From the IMG/VR virus record IMGVR_UViG_3300006217_000025, positions 14,347 through 78,346 of that record: a stretch of 64,000 nucleotides of DNA; one strand, written 5' to 3'. Below are positions 58,601-64,000 of the stretch, piece after piece; position 1 is the first letter of the stretch; every line of letters begins with the position of its first letter. The position numbers were made by a program, and so were the translations under genes. The notes under the pieces are model-generated. The model saw nothing but the letters and a program-made list of their open reading frames with translations. It searched no databases and was not told where the DNA came from. Source of the DNA: a virus (taxonomy: Duplodnaviria; Caudoviricetes).

Positions 58601-59148
58601 TTGATTTAAGAAAAAAAGGCTTACCTGATACTGTCTTAACGATAGATGGTAAGCCTGTTAAACTAAATACGGATTTTCGAGCATGGATTCAGTTTTGGGT
58701 AGATTTACAAAATGATGAAAATGATAGGGATATATCTTATCTTTTCGTAAACGAAGCCCCAAACATTGATGACTATATATTATACCAATTACAAATGTTT
58801 TTATACAATCCCTCTGAAACGCCAAAAAACGATGAATATGCAAGCGAAAAGATACTAGATTATGTGCTAGATGGAGAATATATATTCTCGGCTCTGTACG
58901 CCGTTTATGGCATTGATATAACTGAAATGGATATGCATTGGCATAAGTTTCAAGCACTGTGCAATAACGTTATCGGAGATAGTACGTTATGGGGATATGC
59001 AAAGTCAATGCGAGGATATACAAAGCCCTCTAAGTCTGATACTTTTGAAAAACAAAATGCGAGGGCTAAAGAAAGATGGTCATTCCCGATTAAATTGACT
59101 GATGAGGAATTAAGATTAAAGAATGAATTTGATGATTATTTTGGATAG
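58597..59148 (+). CDS. Gp15-like tail chaperone
   Basis: I.TDFR.W...D...I.SA....YGID....MHWHKF.AL pattern. Confidence 0.7.
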   Translation: MIDLRKKGLPDTVLTIDGKPVKLNTDFRAWIQFWVDLQNDENDRDISYLFVNEAPNIDDYILYQLQMFLYNPSETPKNDEYASEKILDYVLDGEYIFSALYAVYGIDITEMDMHWHKFQALCNNVIGDSTLWGYAKSMRGYTKPSKSDTFEKQNARAKERWSFPIKLTDEELRLKNEFDDYFG

Positions 59149-59162
59149 GTGGTGGTTCATGA

Positions 59163-61217
59163 ATACCTGATGGAAGCTTAGTATTTGATACAAAAATTGA
59201 TTCATCTAAATTAAAAAAAGGATTACAAGATATAAGTAGTGAAACAAAGGTAACTAAACAAGATACCGAACAGATGAATGACAGTTTAAAAAAAATAGAT
59301 AAAATATCTTTTGAAAATATCAAGGAAAATCTAAAAAATACTGCTGATGGTGTTAAAGATGTATTAACGCAATCAATAGAATCAAGAACAGGTTTAACAG
59401 GATTAGAAGATAAACTTGCGCAGATAGTTCCAAGTGGTAAATTTCTAGCGGTTTCTACTGCCATAGGTGCTATCGGAATTGCTTCTGTTAATTCGGCTTC
59501 ACAAATTGAAGTTGCAATGAGAAGATTTCAAGTACAAACAGGTATTGCAAACAATGAACTAGGGTTATATGAAGAACTTATGTTGTCCATATATCGTGGA
59601 AATTATGGGGAATCTATTGAAGATGTAGCTGATAGTATGGGTAAAGTGAAGCAGCAATTTGATAATTTAGATACCAATGAATTTCAAGATATCGTTGAAA
59701 ACGCATTAACGCTTCGTGATACCTTTGATATGGATGTTAACGAAACACTTAGAGGAACAAAGCAGTTAATGGAACAGTTTGGGATAAGTGGTTCGGAAGC
59801 TATGGATTTGATTGCTAGTGGTGCTCAGAATGGTTTAAATTATACAGATGAACTAGGGGATAATATTGCTGAATATGCTGGAAAATTTGCTCAAGCTGGG
59901 TATAGTTCAGAAGAATATTTTCAACTTTTAAAAAATGGGACAGAAGGCGGAGCATATAATCTTGATAAAATAAACGATGCCATTAACGAAGTAACGACTA
60001 GATTAGCAGATGGAACTATTGAAGAAAACCTTGAATTGTTTTCTAGTAGGACAGCCAATGTATTCAATGCATGGAAAGAAGGTAAAGCTACACAAAAAGA
60101 AGTTATAAATAGCATTATAAACGATATTTCGTCGTGCACAAATGAACAAGAGAAATTGACAATGGCAGCTACAGCCTTTGGTACAATGGGCGAAGATTCA
60201 AACGCTAAGTTTGTTGAATCGTTATTACCTGTTGGTGATACTTTCAAAGACATTGAAGGTACAATGAATGATGTCAAAGAAACAGCATCAAGTGGATTAG
60301 GTGCTTCATTGGAATCATTGAAAAGAAGTTTTGAAACTTTGTTAGTACCGTTAGGAGAATTATTTATTCCTGTGTTGGTTAAAATTATTGATTTCTTATC
60401 TTGGATTATTAGTCTTATCAGTGATGTGATAAGTATTGTTGCAGGATGGGTGATAAATTGGGAGGAAAGTTTAGCTTTTCTTCAAGAATTATGGGACACA
60501 TTTGCACAGTGGTTTGATGAAGGGGTTAAGGCTGTTGTAGATGGATTTACTAAAGATTTGCAAGGATTATTAGATTGGTTTGTTAATACATTCGGTCCGA
60601 TACTAGTGGATATATTTAAAATGGTATCAAATATATTTGGTGGAATGGTAAATGGAGTTTTAGGATATGCTAAAACGTGGCTTAATGGAATAAAGAATAT
60701 TATTAATAATATTATGGGAATTTTCAACGGTATAATCACATTTATTAAGGGTGTTTTCACGGGAAATTGGAAGCAAGCATGGAATGGCGTTAAACAAATT
60801 TTTAGCAACATTGTAAGTGGGTTTGTTAATATTATTAAAACACCAATCAATGCAATGATTGACCTTGTCAATGGCTTTATAGGTGGATTAAACAATATTA
60901 AAATACCTGATTGGGTTCCATTGGTTGGTGGTAAGGGATTAAGCATACCTACTATCCCTAAACTTGAAAGAGGCGGTATCTTGAAAAAAGGACAGGTCGG
61001 ATTATTAGAAGGTAATGGAGCGGAAGCAGTTGTACCACTTGACAGAAATAAGGCATGGATTAGAGCAGTTGCTAAGGATATGGCGTTTATTATGCCTGAA
61101 AGTACAAGAAATTCGTACAATCAAACCAATAACTTCTATACACCAGTTGAAACTCCTGATAAGGTCGCAAGAGCGTTGAGATTGCAACAACGATACGGAT
61201 TGGCAGGTGCTAAATAA
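59163..61217 (+). CDS. Tape measure protein (probable ATA start)
   Basis: AGGTGGTGG SD then ATA 59163 gives (M)PDGSLVFDTKID; helical repeats; IP.L..GGI C-terminus. Confidence 0.85.
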   Translation: MPDGSLVFDTKIDSSKLKKGLQDISSETKVTKQDTEQMNDSLKKIDKISFENIKENLKNTADGVKDVLTQSIESRTGLTGLEDKLAQIVPSGKFLAVSTAIGAIGIASVNSASQIEVAMRRFQVQTGIANNELGLYEELMLSIYRGNYGESIEDVADSMGKVKQQFDNLDTNEFQDIVENALTLRDTFDMDVNETLRGTKQLMEQFGISGSEAMDLIASGAQNGLNYTDELGDNIAEYAGKFAQAGYSSEEYFQLLKNGTEGGAYNLDKINDAINEVTTRLADGTIEENLELFSSRTANVFNAWKEGKATQKEVINSIINDISSCTNEQEKLTMAATAFGTMGEDSNAKFVESLLPVGDTFKDIEGTMNDVKETASSGLGASLESLKRSFETLLVPLGELFIPVLVKIIDFLSWIISLISDVISIVAGWVINWEESLAFLQELWDTFAQWFDEGVKAVVDGFTKDLQGLLDWFVNTFGPILVDIFKMVSNIFGGMVNGVLGYAKTWLNGIKNIINNIMGIFNGIITFIKGVFTGNWKQAWNGVKQIFSNIVSGFVNIIKTPINAMIDLVNGFIGGLNNIKIPDWVPLVGGKGLSIPTIPKLERGGILKKGQVGLLEGNGAEAVVPLDRNKAWIRAVAKDMAFIMPESTRNSYNQTNNFYTPVETPDKVARALRLQQRYGLAGAK

Positions 61218-62074
61218 TGAGTGTAGTGTGCAGAATTGTCAGAGATGACGGAAAAGAATTTAATATTGATAACAAGGCATGGAAAATACCAAGTGACGGT
61301 TTAGAGGGGTGGGATTACATCACCCCCGAAATCGGCACAAGTGCTAGAGCGTTTGGAGATGGTTCGTACATTTCTTCTAAAATTGTTACGGAGCAGGATA
61401 GAACAGTAACAGCGATATTGACGAATAAGAACCTTAATTCAATCATGCGAGATGTCGTACGTTCATTCTTTGGTGTGAAAAGAAGCTTTAAAGTTTATTT
61501 AACTTATCAAGGAACAATTAGGTGGTGTGAGGGAGAGTTAGTTGCTTTTTCATTACCCACCAACAACATTTATGAACCGTTGAAACTGACATTTACTATT
61601 CTATGTCCACAGCCTTATTTGTTAAGTGTAGATGAATTTGGCAAGAACATAGCGGAAGTTATGCCAAGATTTGGTTTTCCATACGTTTCACTTGTTAATA
61701 GTGGTTTTTTATTCAGTGAATATAAATTTGCGAAGGAAGTCATTCTTGATAACGATGGAGATGTAGAAACTTATGCCAAGATTGTTATTTCAGCTAATGG
61801 GGATGTAACGAATCCGATTATCAAGAAAGACGATAAATTCATTAAAATTTTAGATAAAATGGTGGAAAATGATGTTATTGTGATTGATTTAGTCAAAGAG
61901 CCTCCGACGGTCGAGAAAAATGGCAAGAGTATTATCGGAAAAACCACTAGAGATAGTTCTTTTGAAAAAATGAAGTTGAATATAGGCAGTAACACCATAT
62001 CATTTGACGCTGAATTTGGAAGCAACCTATTAGATGTTACAATTTACTACAATCAAAGATACGGGGGAATGTAA
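61217..62074 (+). CDS. Distal tail (Dit) protein
   Basis: After TMP; R.V...C.QPY...L..G.N.I pattern. Confidence 0.75.
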   Translation: MSVVCRIVRDDGKEFNIDNKAWKIPSDGLEGWDYITPEIGTSARAFGDGSYISSKIVTEQDRTVTAILTNKNLNSIMRDVVRSFFGVKRSFKVYLTYQGTIRWCEGELVAFSLPTNNIYEPLKLTFTILCPQPYLLSVDEFGKNIAEVMPRFGFPYVSLVNSGFLFSEYKFAKEVILDNDGDVETYAKIVISANGDVTNPIIKKDDKFIKILDKMVENDVIVIDLVKEPPTVEKNGKSIIGKTTRDSSFEKMKLNIGSNTISFDAEFGSNLLDVTIYYNQRYGGM

Positions 62075-63106
62075 ATAGAGTTTAAAGCACTGGACGAAAA
62101 ATTAAATCTTGTTTCCCTATTATCTCCCACGAATGTTCAATGGAACAGAAAATACTATGAGGCAGGAAATTTTGTGATTGAGATATCAGCTAATCAATAT
62201 TTAACTGATATGGCATATATTTATTGTTCAGAAAGAGCAGAGGTAGGAATGGTACAAAAGGTTTCACGAGAAGAAACGGGTAATGGTAAAATGGTTCAGT
62301 TAAGTGGCTTCTTTCTTGAAAAAAAGCTAGATGATAAAATTGTTTATCCCACTTTTTATGGCAGTGGAGAAATCACAGCAGTGCTAAGGCGTATGATAGA
62401 AACTTATAAAGAAGATATCGCTATAGAGATTCAATTAGCACGTGATACAGGCTCTAAGGTTGATTTTCAAGCAACTGGTGACGAATTAAGCAAGAAAGTA
62501 TATGAAGTTCTACATACTCAAGAAATGAGCTATAGAGTAACATATGACTATTTGAATAATAAATTGCTTCTAATGTTTTATAAAGGCGAGGATAAGACAC
62601 AAGATAGTGATAGCGATAGCTTTATTACTTTTTCAACAAGTTGGCATAATATCCAAAATTCGATAGTCGATGTAGATCATTCGAATTATAAGAACTTCTT
62701 TATCGTGGCAGGCATAGGAGAAGCCGAAGAACGTATAACAGTTGAAGTTGATTTATCAAATGGCGGTTACAAGAAAAAATTATTTGTCGATTCAAGAAAT
62801 ACTCAATATGATTCAAAAGAACAAACGCTTGAACAGTATAAACTAGAGCTTAGACAACAAGGATTGGAAAAAGCATTGGATTATGAGATTATAGAGAATG
62901 TGTCATTTACAGTCATTCCAAGTGGATATAAATATCTTGAGGATTATGATCTAGGAACGAAATGCGATGTAATGATAGATGATATAGGTATGTCATTTCA
63001 AACACGCATTATTGCGATATATGAAGTTTTTAAAGAAGGAAAGCATGAAATAGAATTAGAAGTTGGAAATCAAATCAAATCCAACTATCAAACATTGAGA
63101 ATATAG
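62075..63106 (+). CDS. Tail tip/hub protein (ReqiPepy6 gp37-like; probable ATA start)
   Basis: GGGGG SD then ATA 62075; QWNRKYYEAG.F, AG.GE..ER and DYDLG motifs. Confidence 0.72.
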   Translation: MEFKALDEKLNLVSLLSPTNVQWNRKYYEAGNFVIEISANQYLTDMAYIYCSERAEVGMVQKVSREETGNGKMVQLSGFFLEKKLDDKIVYPTFYGSGEITAVLRRMIETYKEDIAIEIQLARDTGSKVDFQATGDELSKKVYEVLHTQEMSYRVTYDYLNNKLLLMFYKGEDKTQDSDSDSFITFSTSWHNIQNSIVDVDHSNYKNFFIVAGIGEAEERITVEVDLSNGGYKKKLFVDSRNTQYDSKEQTLEQYKLELRQQGLEKALDYEIIENVSFTVIPSGYKYLEDYDLGTKCDVMIDDIGMSFQTRIIAIYEVFKEGKHEIELEVGNQIKSNYQTLRI

Positions 63107-63120
63107 AAAGGAGAATGTTA

Positions 63121-64000
63121 ATAGCTAAAATTACTGCATTTCCATACGATTCGCAGATTAGCGAATATGCAATTGACGGAACACCTATTTATGACAGAGC
63201 GATAGGAAGCTCCATTTTTAGGGATTTGTTTTTGAAATATTTTACGGAAGGGGTGTTCCCTAATCCGTCAACATCGTTTCAAGTAAATGAAAATTCTACA
63301 CAAGGAGCGATTGTTAAATCAGGATTTGCGAATATTCGAGGGGTAACAGTTATTGATGAAACAGACACAGAGATCGCCTTTGAAAAAAGTGATACACTAG
63401 ATAGAATTGATAGAGTGGTATTAAGGCATGATGATACAATCAGTGTTAGAAATACTTCTATCGTTGTTTTAAAAGGGACACCTGCGAGCAATCCTCAACC
63501 GCCCGCTATCACAAGGAATAAGACGATTTGGGATTTATGTCTTGCGGAAGTCAGAATTATTAAAAACTCAAAAGCTGTCGCACAGTCAAATATTACTGAT
63601 ACACGGCTAAATAGTCAATTATGTGGAATTGTAACAAGCACAATTAAAACGATTGATACAACAACATTATACAATCAAGTTAAGAATGATTTTGATAATT
63701 TCAGAAATCAGCAGCAATCAGAATACCATGAAATGATAGAAGGCAAGGGAAATGAATTTGATATATGGTTTAATTACATTAAGGATATGCTTGGCGAAGA
63801 TGTTGCAGGTTCGCTTCAAAATCAAATTCTTGATTTAAAAGAAGAGATGGGCACTCTAGACGAAGTGTATGCTAAAAAGACAGATGTCTATACAAGAGAA
63901 GAAACGAACAATATAGCTAATACAAAGCAAAACAAAGTTCTTTTTGGAACAACACCTCCATCAAATGATATGGGTGTAGATGGGGACATCTACATTCAAA
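63121..64000 (+). CDS. Baseplate/tail protein, truncated by the window end (probable ATA start)
   Basis: AAAGGAG SD then ATA 63121; frame open to 64000; RIDRVVLR and ITDTRLN..LCG.V motifs. Confidence 0.7.
   Translation, partial: MAKITAFPYDSQISEYAIDGTPIYDRAIGSSIFRDLFLKYFTEGVFPNPSTSFQVNENSTQGAIVKSGFANIRGVTVIDETDTEIAFEKSDTLDRIDRVVLRHDDTISVRNTSIVVLKGTPASNPQPPAITRNKTIWDLCLAEVRIIKNSKAVAQSNITDTRLNSQLCGIVTSTIKTIDTTTLYNQVKNDFDNFRNQQQSEYHEMIEGKGNEFDIWFNYIKDMLGEDVAGSLQNQILDLKEEMGTLDEVYAKKTDVYTREETNNIANTKQNKVLFGTTPPSNDMGVDGDIYIQ

Larger units (their letters stand above)
49004..64000 (+). mobile_element. Second siphovirus late/morphogenesis module (A118/SPP1-like), running off the window end
   Basis: terS-terL-portal-minor head-scaffold-MCP-connectors-tube-TAC-TMP-Dit-tail tip order. 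Confidence 0.85.

Noticed and set aside
49004-63123. G-to-A hypermutation as the cause of the ATA starts
   Set aside because: The late ORFs show no TGG-to-stop lesions and remain full length; the changes are confined to start positions.
6182-63491. Numerous short opposite-strand ORFs in the track (e.g. 6182-6472, 55091-55354, 60482-61120)
   Set aside because: They are antisense shadows of long genes, with no SD and low-complexity translations.
1-64000. CRISPR array, integrase/att site, rRNA
   Set aside because: No regularly spaced repeat-spacer array, recombinase motif or rRNA-like sequence was found.

Overview
AT-rich phage/prophage DNA from a Firmicutes (Bacillota) host; the host lineage is inferred from protein style only. 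There are three parts. (1) 1-24.5 kb, minus strand: a large SPbeta-like phage arm with neck/head genes, capsid, protease/scaffold, portal, terminase, a metallophosphoesterase, an array of 8 tRNAs plus a remnant, a cysteine desulfurase, a vWA/DUF2828-like protein, HU, a YonO-like single-subunit RNA polymerase and a replication-initiator-like gene with origin-like hairpins. (2) 25-49 kb, plus strand: about 50 small accessory ORFs, a candidate large structured RNA, a hammerhead ribozyme, an intact phage-type reverse transcriptase with a downstream inverted-repeat-bounded ncRNA candidate, and a decayed second RT fragment. (3) 49-64 kb, plus strand: a second, unrelated A118/SPP1-like siphovirus late operon. 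The most striking observation is at the head of this operon: a tRNA with an initiator (fMet) body but a UAU anticodon (49375-49450). Ten genes of the same module, including terminase, portal, major capsid, tail tube and tape measure, appear to start at ATA behind good Shine-Dalgarno sites. This suggests a phage-encoded start-codon reassignment system. Protein family names come from motif and synteny recognition; no database searches were run.
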